From: Patescibacteria group bacterium
GTDB taxonomy: Bacteria > Patescibacteriota > Microgenomatia > UBA1400 > PJMF01
Direction: 5' to 3'
NCBI GenBank assembly: GCA_016861085.1
Contig: BOKR01000001.1
Span: 451,271-515,270 of the forward strand
Length of the DNA stretch: 64,000 nucleotides
This document shows, one piece after another, positions 1 to 9,543 of this stretch. The notes under the pieces are model-generated. The model was not told the DNA's origin. It searched no databases and saw only the letters and a program-made list of their open reading frames with translations. Within the stretch, counting starts at the first letter, position 1, and each line of letters begins with the position of its first letter. Both the position numbers and the translations under genes were made by a program.

Positions 1-563
1 AGTCAGCAAGTTGTTTAGTTGTGGCGATTGGTGTTTTAGAGGACTTAATTGCTTTTGCAATTCGTTTTGCTTCTTGTTCACCTCCCATAACCCTAAATAA
101 TTCAGTAAGTTGATTTTCTGGAATGACGGCTAATAAATCTTTTGCCATAACTCCGAGTCTTTGGTCCATTCTCATGTCCAGTGGTCCTTCACCTTCAAAA
201 CTAAATCCTCTTTCTTGAGAAGTTAGTTGCTGTGTGCTAGTACCAAAATCGAACAAAATACCATTGATTTGTCCTACTTGATTATTTTTTTGTAAGCTTA
301 CGATTGTATCTGCAAGATGAGCAAAATTTTCTCTAACAAGAATGAGGTCGCCGGCAATAATTTCAGACTTAAATGTCTGCTGACCGTATATGATTGCTTC
401 TTGATCGAAATCAAATGCAATCACTTTTCCACCTTGTTCTAAGATTTTTCTTGTGTGTCCACCTCTGCCAAAAGTGCCGTCAATATACCAAGCACCTTGC
501 TTAACTCCAAGAGCTTCGACAGCATCATTTAGCATGACGGTAATATGATTATTCATGATCCTC
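1..563 (-). CDS. rsmH: 16S rRNA (cytosine1402-N4)-methyltransferase RsmH, N-terminal part (gene runs off the left edge)
   Basis: The reverse-complement translation starts MNNHITVMLNDAVEAL...DGTFGRGGHTRKIL, the typical RsmH N-terminus and SAM-binding motif. It overlaps the mraZ stop by 15 nt, the canonical mraZ-rsmH order. Confidence 0.8.
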
Positions 564-974
564 CAACTGTTCAGCAATTTTTTCAGCGTTTGATTCTATT
601 GAATCGATATAGGCGTGATAGATGTCTCTGTCCCAAATTTCGATTTTTTCAAGACTTCCAACTAATACCACAGCTTTTTCTAATTTTGCGAAAGAAATCA
701 AGTACTCGGGCAGTTGTACTCGACCATTTTTGTCTGGAGTGACTACTTTAGCTTCATTTGTCATCAATCTTACAAAGTCACGATGTATTTTTTTTGTAAA
801 TGTGCGCGACATGAGATTCTGCAGTTGGGCTTGGAAGTCAGATTCTTTATAAAGAAACAATCCTCCGTCTAAACCTCTGGTAACAACCCATGAGTTGTTC
901 TCTTGTCTAAATTCTTTTGGTAAAGATATCCTGCCTTTTTCTTCTAAACTGTAGTAATATTTTCCAATAAACAT
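549..974 (-). CDS. mraZ: Transcriptional regulator MraZ
   Basis: 141 aa starting MFIGKYYYSLEEKGRISLPKEFR, matching the conserved MraZ N-terminus (MFxGxxxxxlDxKGRxxxP), and showing the duplicated MraZ fold pattern. It is followed by rsmH. Confidence 0.85.
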   Translation of the reverse strand: MFIGKYYYSLEEKGRISLPKEFRQENNSWVVTRGLDGGLFLYKESDFQAQLQNLMSRTFTKKIHRDFVRLMTNEAKVVTPDKNGRVQLPEYLISFAKLEKAVVLVGSLEKIEIWDRDIYHAYIDSIESNAEKIAEQLEDHE

Positions 975-1018
975 TTATTTTACAGGCTCTTTTACCATTT
1001 TTTACCACTATCAAGTGA

Positions 1019-1047
1019 AAGTATAATCTAAGTCTGGTTTAATGCAA
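1019..1047 (-). promoter_or_regulatory. Putative sigma70-type mraZ promoter, with GGGT direct repeats just upstream (possible MraZ boxes)
   Basis: Reading the minus strand: TTGCAT (plus 1042-1047), a 17-nt spacer, then TATACT (plus 1019-1024), about 45 nt upstream of the mraZ ATG. The minus strand at 1049-1066 reads CGGGTAATTTGGGTG, two GGGT repeats at about 10 bp spacing. Confidence 0.3.
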
Positions 1048-1102
1048 ACACCCAAATTACCCGAAAAGAGCTTAAAATTAGACCTATAAATAATTAGTTA
1101 AT

Positions 1103-1131
1103 TGACGTTCACAAAGATCTCCCTTAGTATC
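1103..1131 (+). promoter_or_regulatory. Putative sigma70 promoter for ilvE, possibly giving a leaderless mRNA
   Basis: TTGACG (1103-1108), a 17-nt spacer, then TAGTAT (1126-1131). The ilvE ATG at 1139 is only 7 nt after the -10 box and no Shine-Dalgarno fits. Confidence 0.35.
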
Positions 1132-1138
1132 AAGGTAT

Positions 1139-2242
1139 ATGGGTATAAGAATTAATAGCGTTGAGGATGAACGCGTTCACCTTCCTGACAATTTGAACGC
1201 TGTGAAATTTGGGTCTGTTTTTACTCGAAGAATGTATTTACAACAGTACATGGCTGAAAAGGGTTGGCACGCAGCAGTTATTGGTTTATGGGCCGATGTC
1301 TGGCCCCAGTTAGGACCAGAAGCTTCAGTGTTTCACTATGGGCAAGAGATTTTTGAGGGTTTAAAAGCATATCGTAGACCAGATGGAAATCTTAATCTTT
1401 TTCGACATTATGATAACGTGAGACGCTTTAATCGTTCTGCTGAGAGAATGGCTATGCAGGAAGTAAATGAACAGGACCATGCTGAAGCAATTGAGACACT
1501 TGTAAAGTTAGAACATGAATGGGTACCCAATCAGCCTGGTACGGCACTGTACATTAGGCCTACTCAAATTGCAACAGAAACTGCAATTGGGGTAGTTGAA
1601 AGTAGTTCCTATTTACACTATGTTATTTTATCTCCAGTTGGACCATACTTTCCAAGTGGTTTTAAGCCGATGGGAATTTTGGTGGAACCAAAATATCGAA
1701 GAGCTGTGGTAGGTGGAACTGGAGAAGCTAAAACTGGTGGAAACTACGCTGCAAGTATGATTGCTGGTAGAGAAGCAAAAAAAAAGGGGTTCTTTCAAGT
1801 ACTTTGGCTAGATGGCCAAGAAGGAAAATATGTTGAAGAGGCCGGTGCTATGAACGTTTGTTTTGTATATGGCAAAACAATTGTTACGCCTGCCCTTTCA
1901 GGAAGCATCTTGCATGGAATTACTAGAGACTCAATATTAAAACTAGCTCCGCAACTTGGTTACGAGGTTGAGGAAAGCAAAATTCCTCTAGAAAGAATGC
2001 TTGTAGATGTTGAGAATGGAACGATAGCAGAAAGTTTTGCTTGCGGTACCGCAGCCACAATTGCACCAATAGGAAAATTCGGCTATAAAGACAAAGAATA
2101 TGTCGTCAACAATGGTACTATTGGGCCTGTGACTCACAGGTTATATACTACTTTAACAAATATCCAGTATGGTCTTGAGCAACCACCTTTTCCTGACTGG
2201 ATAAAAGTGTTAGAAGTTGAAAAATCAAATAGAAAGAAGTAG
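1139..2242 (+). CDS. ilvE: Branched-chain amino acid aminotransferase (PLP fold type IV)
   Basis: 367 aa. It carries BCAT motifs: FEGLKAYR, YIRP, GGTGEAKTGGNYAAS, E.AGAMNVCFV, GSILHGITRD and FACGTAATIAPI. Confidence 0.85.
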   Translation: MGIRINSVEDERVHLPDNLNAVKFGSVFTRRMYLQQYMAEKGWHAAVIGLWADVWPQLGPEASVFHYGQEIFEGLKAYRRPDGNLNLFRHYDNVRRFNRSAERMAMQEVNEQDHAEAIETLVKLEHEWVPNQPGTALYIRPTQIATETAIGVVESSSYLHYVILSPVGPYFPSGFKPMGILVEPKYRRAVVGGTGEAKTGGNYAASMIAGREAKKKGFFQVLWLDGQEGKYVEEAGAMNVCFVYGKTIVTPALSGSILHGITRDSILKLAPQLGYEVEESKIPLERMLVDVENGTIAESFACGTAATIAPIGKFGYKDKEYVVNNGTIGPVTHRLYTTLTNIQYGLEQPPFPDWIKVLEVEKSNRKK

Positions 2243-2247
2243 TAATT

Positions 2248-3129
2248 ATGAAAATACGAAAAGCGCTGATTACTTGTGCAGGTTTTGGAACAAGATTTTT
2301 ACCTATCACAAAGACCATACAAAAAGAAATGTTACCGATCCTTACTAGACCAATGGTCGATTACGTGGTTACCGATTGTTTGGCAGCTGGAATTGATGAA
2401 ATTATCTTTGTTGTCAAAGAAAATGAAAACCGCTTGGTGGAACATTTTTATTCTGAATCAAGGTCTCTTAAACAACACATGGAGAAGCTTGGTAAAGCAG
2501 ATAGATATAGTAAGGCAGAAGTTAGGTTCCCTGAACATGTAAAGTTCAGGTTTGTAACTCAGACCATTGCTGATCGCTATGGCACAGCAATACCGGTGGA
2601 GCTTGCAAGAAAGTACTTGGAGGGTGAAGATGCATTTTTAGTGTTTATGGGTGATGACTTTATCTACAATCCGAATACGATTGAGGCTGCTGAAATGATT
2701 CGACTATTTGAGATGTCTGGCGCACAAGGGCTTGTGACTTGTATTACTAAACCAGAAGAGGAACTCTATCGTTATGGAGTTGCCCAAACAAGAAAAGATA
2801 ATGGCTTTACATTTTTGACGAATTTAGTAGAAAAACCTGTGACAGGTACGGCACCTTCTAACTTGATCAACATAAGTAAATACATTTTCACTCCAAAGAT
2901 TTTTGAGATACTTGAGAAACAAGGGCCAGATGCTCAAAGTGGGGAGTATTACGTCACAGATACCGCAACTGCATTAGCTCAGCAAAATCTAGTCGTAATC
3001 TATACCCCTGAAGGTAGATACCTTGATGGGGGGAACGTTTTGAATTGGCTCAAAGCTAATATTGTTATTGCCAAAGATGATCCAGAGCTAAACTCCGAAT
3101 TGCGAAAATTTATTAGTGAGGAATTTTAA
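2248..3129 (+). CDS. galU: UTP--glucose-1-phosphate uridylyltransferase
   Basis: 293 aa starting MKIRKALITCAGFGTRFLPITKTIQKEMLPI, the GalU nucleotidyltransferase signature (G-x-G-T-R-x-L-P), with a GalU-like length. Confidence 0.8.
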   Translation: MKIRKALITCAGFGTRFLPITKTIQKEMLPILTRPMVDYVVTDCLAAGIDEIIFVVKENENRLVEHFYSESRSLKQHMEKLGKADRYSKAEVRFPEHVKFRFVTQTIADRYGTAIPVELARKYLEGEDAFLVFMGDDFIYNPNTIEAAEMIRLFEMSGAQGLVTCITKPEEELYRYGVAQTRKDNGFTFLTNLVEKPVTGTAPSNLINISKYIFTPKIFEILEKQGPDAQSGEYYVTDTATALAQQNLVVIYTPEGRYLDGGNVLNWLKANIVIAKDDPELNSELRKFISEEF

Positions 3130-3339
3130 TTAGATTCCGCCAAAATAATAGAAACTCACGTACACGAATGTTGTAATTGAAGCAACAAGAATAATAATTT
3201 TTTTCGAAAAAAGATACAGACTTGGTCTAGATTTACCCTTTTTGGTAATTCCAAGAATTTGATTTATATCTTGGTTTGTGAATTGTGTTTCGTTTGAGTG
3301 TTCACTATCTGACGTAGCAGGCGAAGGATCCGGTTCCAT
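3130..3339 (-). CDS. Small hypothetical protein with a C-terminal hydrophobic (tail-anchor-like) segment; may be spurious
   Basis: 69-aa ORF lying 28 nt downstream of the preceding minus-strand gene. The C-terminus IIILVASITTFVYVSFYYF is TM-like. No homology is recognisable. Confidence 0.2.
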   Translation of the reverse strand: MEPDPSPATSDSEHSNETQFTNQDINQILGITKKGKSRPSLYLFSKKIIILVASITTFVYVSFYYFGGI

Positions 3340-3367
3340 AAGTTCAAGTATTATAGCAGAAGCACTT

Positions 3368-4162
3368 TTATTTCACAACTACGTACGCCTGCAACAGGTC
3401 AACTTTGGCGGTGATTGATTTTCCATCGACAGTACCTTTAAACTCTTTCCAAGCTTTTCCATCCCATCCCATGATTTTGAGATCACCTTCTTCATTTGCT
3501 CTCATGGTAAGCTCTGCTGTACCTGTGACTGCTGGTATTGTAGATAAAAAGTAAGGAGCTGAAACTACTGTTCCTTTTACATCATCAGGAAGACCTGAAG
3601 CGTCACCTATAATAGCAATACTTATTTTTGAAAGATCTGATCCGCTCATTTGAAACTTTGCGTCTGTGGAACCAAGCTGCGTAGCTTTCTCTTTGTTTTC
3701 AATGTACCTCCACTCTGCTTTGAGTGCATAATTTTCTTTACCAATAAATCTAGTAGTCAAGCTACCACCAGTTACATCCTCATGATATGAACATTTTCCA
3801 CCAGCACTACAGCTGCCCATGAGTTGTTTTGTAGATGCAGGTAAGGAAGCAAGTGAAAGTGAACCAAACACTCCCTGTTGTAATGAGCCTGATTTATATT
3901 CAAGCTCATATTCTGCCTCTGTTGCATCCTTTTTAAGGCTATCAACCTCGATAGTTAAATTACGACCGTCAGAATTTGGTTTTACAAGGATATATGGTCT
4001 CTCTGAGATATCTATAACATTAACAGGTTCAGAAATTTTTCGTTTTTTAAGTGTCTTTTCTTCTTGTGGTGCTTCAGTCTTATTTCCTTTGGTAAATAAG
4101 AATATGCCACCAACTATGACCAATAACACGACGCCAATTATAGGAAGTAATTTTTTATTCAT
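3368..4162 (-). CDS. Hypothetical membrane-anchored or secreted protein
   Basis: 264 aa. The N-terminus MNKKLLPIIGVVLLVIVGGIFLF is a TM or signal segment. The rest has no recognisable motifs. It sits 8 nt downstream of the glyQS stop and is probably co-transcribed. Confidence 0.5.
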   Translation of the reverse strand: MNKKLLPIIGVVLLVIVGGIFLFTKGNKTEAPQEEKTLKKRKISEPVNVIDISERPYILVKPNSDGRNLTIEVDSLKKDATEAEYELEYKSGSLQQGVFGSLSLASLPASTKQLMGSCSAGGKCSYHEDVTGGSLTTRFIGKENYALKAEWRYIENKEKATQLGSTDAKFQMSGSDLSKISIAIIGDASGLPDDVKGTVVSAPYFLSTIPAVTGTAELTMRANEEGDLKIMGWDGKAWKEFKGTVDGKSITAKVDLLQAYVVVK

Positions 4163-4169
4163 AATTTTT

Positions 4170-5588
4170 CTATACTAACATGGAAGTAATATGGCTTTCA
4201 AGTTCAGAGATTGGGATACGCACTTGTTCGGCAGTATCTCTACTCCTGAGTGTAACAGTATTATTTTCAAGACTTTCAAAGTCAACTGTAATACAGAATG
4301 GTGTTCCAATTTCGTCTTGATATAGATAGCGTTTTCCAATATTGCCTCTGTCATCCCAGAGGGTCTCAAACTTTTCTGATACTAAGCTAAAAACGCTCTG
4401 TGCTTTTTCAACTAATTCCGGCTTGTTTTTTAGCAGTGGGAATACAGCCACTTTATATGGTGCTAAACTTGGTTTTAGTTTTAGAACTACCCTATTTCTT
4501 TCTGTGTCATTCCAGTATGCGTCAGTGAGTACCATCAAAAATGCTCGGGCAATACCAAGTGCAGGCTCAATCACGTGAGGAACAAAAACTTCGTTTGTGT
4601 GGGGATCACGGTACTCAAGTTTTTCACCTGAATGCTTTATATGTTGTTTGAGATCGTAATCAGTTCTGTACGCTATGCCCCACAATTCTTTCCAGCCAAA
4701 AGAAAAGTTGTAGTCAAGATCATATGTATCTTTACTATAAAAACTTCGTTCACTATCTGAATGGCGGCGCCATTTAAGGTTTTTTTCTTGAATTCCTAAT
4801 GTTTGTGTAATAAATTGATGCATGGCTTGCTTCCAGGAATCCATGAGATCTTCCCATTTGGTTTGATTTGGATTAAAGAAATATTCAATTTCAGCTTGCT
4901 CAAATTCAAAAGTTCTAAAAACAAACTGGCCGGTAGTAATCTCATTTCTAAAGCTCTTACCCATTTGTCCGACACCGAATGGTAGCTGAACTCTGCTAGA
5001 ATCCAAGATTTGTTTGAAGTTAGAAAAAATTCCTTGGGCAGTTTCGCCTCTAAGATATACTTTTGCTTTGTCTCCGGCTACTGTTCCGATTGCAGTTTCA
5101 AAAAGGAGATTAAATGCTTTTGGTTCACTGATTGGATTGCCATCAGGACTCAAAATGTTGTGTTCTGTAATAAATTCAGCCATTTGTTCAATCGAAAGAT
5201 CCTCAACGACGAATGAATCAAATTGTGTATTTCCTTTTTCCTGTTGTTTTTTAATCCAAGTCTCAATCAAATGGTCAGCTCGGTATCTTTTTTTGCTCAC
5301 CAGATCATCAACTAATGGATCAGAGAAAGAACCGACGTGTCCAGATGCAACCCAAGTCTCTGGGTGTAACAGAATTTGGGAATCAAGACCAACCATGTCA
5401 GTTCTTCTATTAATAAAGGTTTTCCACCATGCATCTTTAATATTTTTGAGTAATTGACTGCCGAGTGGGCCATAGTCATATGAATTTGCAAGGCCACCAT
5501 AAATTGCAGATGTTGGATAGACAAATCCCCTTCTCTTACAGAGGCTTACAATTTCATCTAAAGTTGGTTGTTGCGTTTGCTGCGACAT
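4170..5588 (-). CDS. glyQS: Glycine--tRNA ligase (class II, alpha2 homodimeric type)
   Basis: 472 aa starting MSQQTQQPTLDEIVSLCKRRGFVYPTSAIYGGLANSYDYGPLGSQLLKNIKDAWW, the hallmark N-terminus of the dimeric GlyRS. The RBS AAAGGA lies 6 nt upstream. Confidence 0.9.
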   Translation of the reverse strand: MSQQTQQPTLDEIVSLCKRRGFVYPTSAIYGGLANSYDYGPLGSQLLKNIKDAWWKTFINRRTDMVGLDSQILLHPETWVASGHVGSFSDPLVDDLVSKKRYRADHLIETWIKKQQEKGNTQFDSFVVEDLSIEQMAEFITEHNILSPDGNPISEPKAFNLLFETAIGTVAGDKAKVYLRGETAQGIFSNFKQILDSSRVQLPFGVGQMGKSFRNEITTGQFVFRTFEFEQAEIEYFFNPNQTKWEDLMDSWKQAMHQFITQTLGIQEKNLKWRRHSDSERSFYSKDTYDLDYNFSFGWKELWGIAYRTDYDLKQHIKHSGEKLEYRDPHTNEVFVPHVIEPALGIARAFLMVLTDAYWNDTERNRVVLKLKPSLAPYKVAVFPLLKNKPELVEKAQSVFSLVSEKFETLWDDRGNIGKRYLYQDEIGTPFCITVDFESLENNTVTLRSRDTAEQVRIPISELESHITSMLV

Positions 5589-5653
5589 ATATTCCTTTTA
5601 TGTTCAGATACTATACTACCAGTATTTTGTGTTTTGGGGAATTTTTCTTGAAG

Positions 5654-5700
5654 ATAAAAATAAAAAAAGTCCCAAAACACTATTAGTTAGTGTTAGGGAC
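5654..5700 (-). terminator. Rho-independent terminator for the giant-protein/ABC operon
   Basis: On the minus strand the stem GTCCCTAACACT / AGTGTTTTGGGAC (about 11 bp with a small internal loop) and the loop AACTAAT are followed by TTTTTTTATTTTTAT. It lies about 175 nt past the permease stop. Confidence 0.6.
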
Positions 5701-5873
5701 CCTACCGGGCGGTTCCACCCTAGTTCACTCACAAATGCTATATTTTTGTCTGTATTTGTAAGTGCGCTTTATTATTTCGTTTTACTTGCTTGTAGAATGT
5801 ACAAGCAACCTTTTCCAAAGGGGGACGAAATGATCTTAACTTGTAAAAGAATTATAACACAGAATGCTCTTAC

Positions 5874-8402
5874 TTACTCATATCTGAGTGCATTAAGCGC
5901 AGATATCTTTGTAGCTCTGTATGAAGGATATAATCCTGTGGCAATGCCGATTATGAATGAAAGAGTGATGATGCTGATCGATAATATTAGTGGAATATCA
6001 ACAAAGTTAATGAGACCAAGTCCTTTGGTCACAGAGATTATTGAAAATAATAAGCTGAGTACTTGGCCGGTAACATACCCTAGTATTAGTCCAAAGAATC
6101 CACCTGTCAGACCCATAATTATTGACTCAGCTAAAAAGAGTCTTTGAATTTCGTTAGATTTCATACCAATTGCTTTCATTAAACCAACCTCTCTAGTTTT
6201 TTCGAGTAATGAAACAGTAAGTGTATTGAACATACCAAGGGCAGCTACCCCAAGAGCAACAAAACCGAGTAACGATAAGACAAACCTAACTGTACTAAAA
6301 AGTGAATTTATTTTCCCTACAGTGTCAACAACAGATGTTGTTTTGTATCCAAGTGATTCTATTGTTTGTCTTACTACCTTCAAATCATTTTGATTGAAGA
6401 CAACAACTTTAACTTGTGAATAATTTTTGATACCAAGTGCTTTAATATCGTTAAATGGGACATAATAAGCTGGAGTTTTATTATCAGGTATTATTCCAAT
6501 TATTTTGTATTCGACTGGTTCTGATTCAGCCTGGTATCCAGGTTCGTCAAAAAATTCTTCGTCTAATGTGAAGGTAGTTGTAAATTTTTGTCCAAGAGCA
6601 TCAGCTTCGTTAATAGTAAAGACGCTCAGAAGTGCACTGTTCACAATTGCTACTCTTTGTGCACCTGAAGAAAATGGAATAATATCTCTCTTTTGAGTTG
6701 TCAGCCCAGCTGATCCTGAGGAAATCGATACCCAGTCTATTGTTCCATCTGCTAACAGCGTAGACTGCAAAACACTGCCATCTGCTGTTATTATAGGCTC
6801 TGGTTCAGTTTCTTCCTCAGCAATGAGAGCACTCCCAGAGGCTATCTGAGCACTATCCGATGCGATACCCAAAACAGAGCCCGTCTGTTTTTGATGCAGT
6901 GGCGGTAGTGGGAGGTTTTCAATACGAGCTTTACTTGCTTTAATGTATGAGATTGCCTCAACTTGTTTTTCATTTTGGTCAACTTCTTTTAGATATAAAT
7001 TTACACAATCTTGGCAATCAAGTTTCCTCCAGAGGGGTAGTTTCGCTCGTATCCAGTATCCCAATTCCTTGCCATTTGGGTTTTTTCCAGCGTTACCCCA
7101 ACCACTTGGGTCATAGTATGATTCACCAAATATGAGTTCACCAGTAAAAATGGTAGTTTCTTTTTCTTGATTAGTGAATATGGTTGTTAGTTCGGCATTT
7201 TTAAATGAATCAGAATAAATTTGTTCATAAACATTTTTTGGGAGTGTAAATTCTACACTAGCAACTGCAGCACCCTCTTCAATTTTTTGTGGCTCATCAG
7301 AGAGAATTCTATATCTTGAGAGTGAAAGATCGGTTTGTTTAATATAGCCAGTCTCAATTGATTGGTTGTTTGATGTTCGCATTACAACATAGGTATCATC
7401 AACACAATCATAGTTTTGTTGTGTGCAAGTTTCTCTTCTCCAGAGAGGGAATGTATCTTTTATCCAAGGTGAATAAGAGTTATTAAAAACGTCATACCCC
7501 TCAGGAATGTCTGGAGCGTCATACTCTTGTCCCCACACTTCTACGGCGTCCTGTTCGCCAACAACTCTGGTTGTATACCCAATGATTTCTGAATCTGAGC
7601 TTGGTTCAGAGTAAACAGGTTTCCATGTTTGAGGATACAAAGAATATTTTATTTGAGAAATTTGTTTATTCATTTTTGCGCCATCATAGCGTTCAGTTTG
7701 CACACCTGCAACTGTTCCTGGTACTTTTTGATTTATACTAGATGTTGTGATGTCTTTATCATCAAATAGTTCGCCTTTTGTTGGCTGAATTGCGGATTCC
7801 TCCAAAAACTTTTTGGTTACAGCATATGCAATTGCATCAGAGATAGAATTATTGTAGTTAATTTTTGAAACAACTGATGCAACAGGAAGAACTGATTCCA
7901 CATTTTCTATTTTTGCAAATTCTTCAATGGTTTGATCATTCATTCTTAATGACGAAGCTTGACCAACAGTAACAATTATTTGTTTCATCTCACCTAGTCT
8001 TGCGACTCTAGAAATTACTAATTTTTGTGTTCCGTATCCGAGTGAAAGTAAAAATATAACTGAGCCAAATCCAACAGACATTCCACCTATGGTTATCATG
8101 GTCCTAGTTTTTTTTGCTGATAAGTGTCGAGTTGCCAAAGTAATTAAATCTAGAGATGAGATTTCACCCTCAACTTTTGTATTAAAAAAATATAGGGTTT
8201 TAGTTCTTACCTTTGAGACAAATTTTCGAAGAGGTTGTGCCCAAAAGAAAAGAAGTTTCTTATTCCCTAAAAACTTGAGTACCTGGAAGATTAAAAATAC
8301 AACAACTAGGAGAAAAAATTTAGAGAAAAAAAGTATTTCTTTACCAATCTTTATGTAGTTTACGGACCGAATGAATGAGAGTACTGATGCTATCTTTTTC
8401 AT
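5874..8402 (-). CDS. ABC transporter permease, FtsX/MacB family, with a roughly 600-aa extracytoplasmic insertion
   Basis: 842 aa. The canonical FtsX TM1 (MITIGGMSVGFGSVIFLLSLGYG) is present. The C-terminus REVGLMKAIGMKSNEIQRLFLAESIIMGLTGGFFGLILGY plus three further TMs is the FtsX signature. Between them is a large Cys-pair-containing domain (ETCTQQNYDC, LDCQDC). The start overlaps the ATPase stop by 4 nt. Confidence 0.8.
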   Translation of the reverse strand: MKKIASVLSFIRSVNYIKIGKEILFFSKFFLLVVVFLIFQVLKFLGNKKLLFFWAQPLRKFVSKVRTKTLYFFNTKVEGEISSLDLITLATRHLSAKKTRTMITIGGMSVGFGSVIFLLSLGYGTQKLVISRVARLGEMKQIIVTVGQASSLRMNDQTIEEFAKIENVESVLPVASVVSKINYNNSISDAIAYAVTKKFLEESAIQPTKGELFDDKDITTSSINQKVPGTVAGVQTERYDGAKMNKQISQIKYSLYPQTWKPVYSEPSSDSEIIGYTTRVVGEQDAVEVWGQEYDAPDIPEGYDVFNNSYSPWIKDTFPLWRRETCTQQNYDCVDDTYVVMRTSNNQSIETGYIKQTDLSLSRYRILSDEPQKIEEGAAVASVEFTLPKNVYEQIYSDSFKNAELTTIFTNQEKETTIFTGELIFGESYYDPSGWGNAGKNPNGKELGYWIRAKLPLWRKLDCQDCVNLYLKEVDQNEKQVEAISYIKASKARIENLPLPPLHQKQTGSVLGIASDSAQIASGSALIAEEETEPEPIITADGSVLQSTLLADGTIDWVSISSGSAGLTTQKRDIIPFSSGAQRVAIVNSALLSVFTINEADALGQKFTTTFTLDEEFFDEPGYQAESEPVEYKIIGIIPDNKTPAYYVPFNDIKALGIKNYSQVKVVVFNQNDLKVVRQTIESLGYKTTSVVDTVGKINSLFSTVRFVLSLLGFVALGVAALGMFNTLTVSLLEKTREVGLMKAIGMKSNEIQRLFLAESIIMGLTGGFFGLILGYVTGQVLSLLFSIISVTKGLGLINFVDIPLILSISIITLSFIIGIATGLYPSYRATKISALNALRYE

Positions 8403-9151
8403 AGTTTTTGGTTGACTGATAGTTTTCCACGTTTAGAAACGATCAAGGGTTTTAGACGAGCATCATTAGCTTTATATTCTCCAATAACGACACCATCAGC
8501 CATATTTATTGATTTGGTTGCTGCAGACAAATACTCAAGGTCATGTGTGACCATTATGACAGTTTTACCTTTTTTATTGAACTCTTTGAATAGATTCATG
8601 ATTTCAACACTAGCTTTTGAATCCAAGTTACCGGTTGGCTCGTCTGCAACAATGAGTGCAGGATCAGAGATTAGCGCGCGTGCAAGTGAAATTCTTTGCT
8701 GTTGTCCAGAAGAAAGTTCTGTTGGGGTCTGGTATGCTCCTTGTTTCATATCTACCATTTCAAGCATTTCCCAAGCCATCTTTTCTCTCAGTTCAAGTGG
8801 CATTCCTCTGAGTGTGAGTGGAAAGTATACATTTTCTATTACATTTAAAGATTTAACCCAATTAGATTGTTGGTATACCATACCAACTTGTTGTTTTCTC
8901 ATTTGTGCTCTGCCATCTTCATCATGTTCATATATTGATTTGCCTAAGAACCTAACTTCTCCTTTAGTTGGCTCTTCAAGACCGAGTAGTATATTTAAAA
9001 CAGTGCTCTTACCACAGCCTGATGGCCCAAACAGAATGACAAAATCACCTTCGTTGACGCTAAAGCTGACACCTTTTATAATTTCAACTTGTTGCGTGCC
9101 CAAAGTAAACGATTTAAAAATATTTGATAGCTCTAGGATTGTGTTAGGCAT
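8399..9151 (-). CDS. ABC transporter ATP-binding protein (MacB/LolD/FtsE-like)
   Basis: 250 aa with Walker A GPSGCGKST, the signature LSGGQQQRISLARAL, Walker B IVADEPTGNLD and an H-loop VTHD. Confidence 0.9.
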   Translation of the reverse strand: MPNTILELSNIFKSFTLGTQQVEIIKGVSFSVNEGDFVILFGPSGCGKSTVLNILLGLEEPTKGEVRFLGKSIYEHDEDGRAQMRKQQVGMVYQQSNWVKSLNVIENVYFPLTLRGMPLELREKMAWEMLEMVDMKQGAYQTPTELSSGQQQRISLARALISDPALIVADEPTGNLDSKASVEIMNLFKEFNKKGKTVIMVTHDLEYLSAATKSINMADGVVIGEYKANDARLKPLIVSKRGKLSVNQKL

Positions 9152-9153
9152 AA

Positions 9154-9543
9154 TTACTCTATTGTGCTCGGATCAAATGTTATAAAAAGTGGTTTTTTCC
9201 ATAAAAATCGACTATCTGATTCATTATGAAGTGTTATGTAAATGCCTTCAAGTGGAACACCGTCAACAACTACGGTGTGAATTTCACCAGGAGTACTACT
9301 TGTCTGTTCAATTCTATTTGTAACATTACTTTTTTTTGTGCCAGTTTTAATATACCCGATTGTATCGTGGTCAGTTTTCCAAAAAATTAATGCTTGATGT
9401 GGCTGAATAAAGGTAATTTCTAGAAAGTTATTTTTTTTATTTTCTGTGTAGTTAAAAATAAGAATTGAGAGCAACAATCCAATTAGTAATGAAATAATAA
9501 TAATGATTCGAAGTTGTCTTGGTTTCAGTTGGTGTTGTTTCAT
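9154..9543 (-). CDS. Membrane-anchored single FN3-like domain protein (resembles the purple-acid-phosphatase N-terminal FN3)
   Basis: 129 aa. The N-terminal TM is RIIIIISLLIGLLLSILIF. The segment ITFIQPHQALIFWKTDHDTIGYIKTGT...GEIHTVVVDGVPLEGIYIT resembles the FN3 units at the C-terminus of the neighbouring giant protein. It overlaps both neighbours by 4 nt (ATGA). Confidence 0.55.
   Translation of the reverse strand: MKQHQLKPRQLRIIIIISLLIGLLLSILIFNYTENKKNNFLEITFIQPHQALIFWKTDHDTIGYIKTGTKKSNVTNRIEQTSSTPGEIHTVVVDGVPLEGIYITLHNESDSRFLWKKPLFITFDPSTIE

Noticed and set aside
3130-3260. The palindrome TTTTTTCGAAAAAA at about 3207-3220 as a bidirectional terminator between galU and the convergent minus-strand genes
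   Set aside because: The stem is A/T-only and therefore very weak. It sits inside a possible small ORF and cannot be supported without expression data.
5589-5873. Possible small RNA or tRNA in the longest intergenic gap (GGGACCCTACCGGGCGGTTCCACCC)
   Set aside because: I found no cloverleaf. The putative T-arm GGTTCCACC lacks a complementary stem and there is no acceptor-stem pairing. The region is better explained by the operon terminator (5654-5700) plus the glyQS promoter.
8412-9185. A 257-aa plus-strand ORF, and many other ORFs of 60-170 aa on the opposite strand inside long genes (e.g. 545-742, 5629-6147, 19165-19455, 41191-41697, 46300-46773)
   Set aside because: They lie entirely antisense to well-supported genes such as the ABC ATPase, the permease and the GTs. 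They have low-complexity or odd compositions and no motifs. They are typical shadow ORFs in AT-rich DNA.
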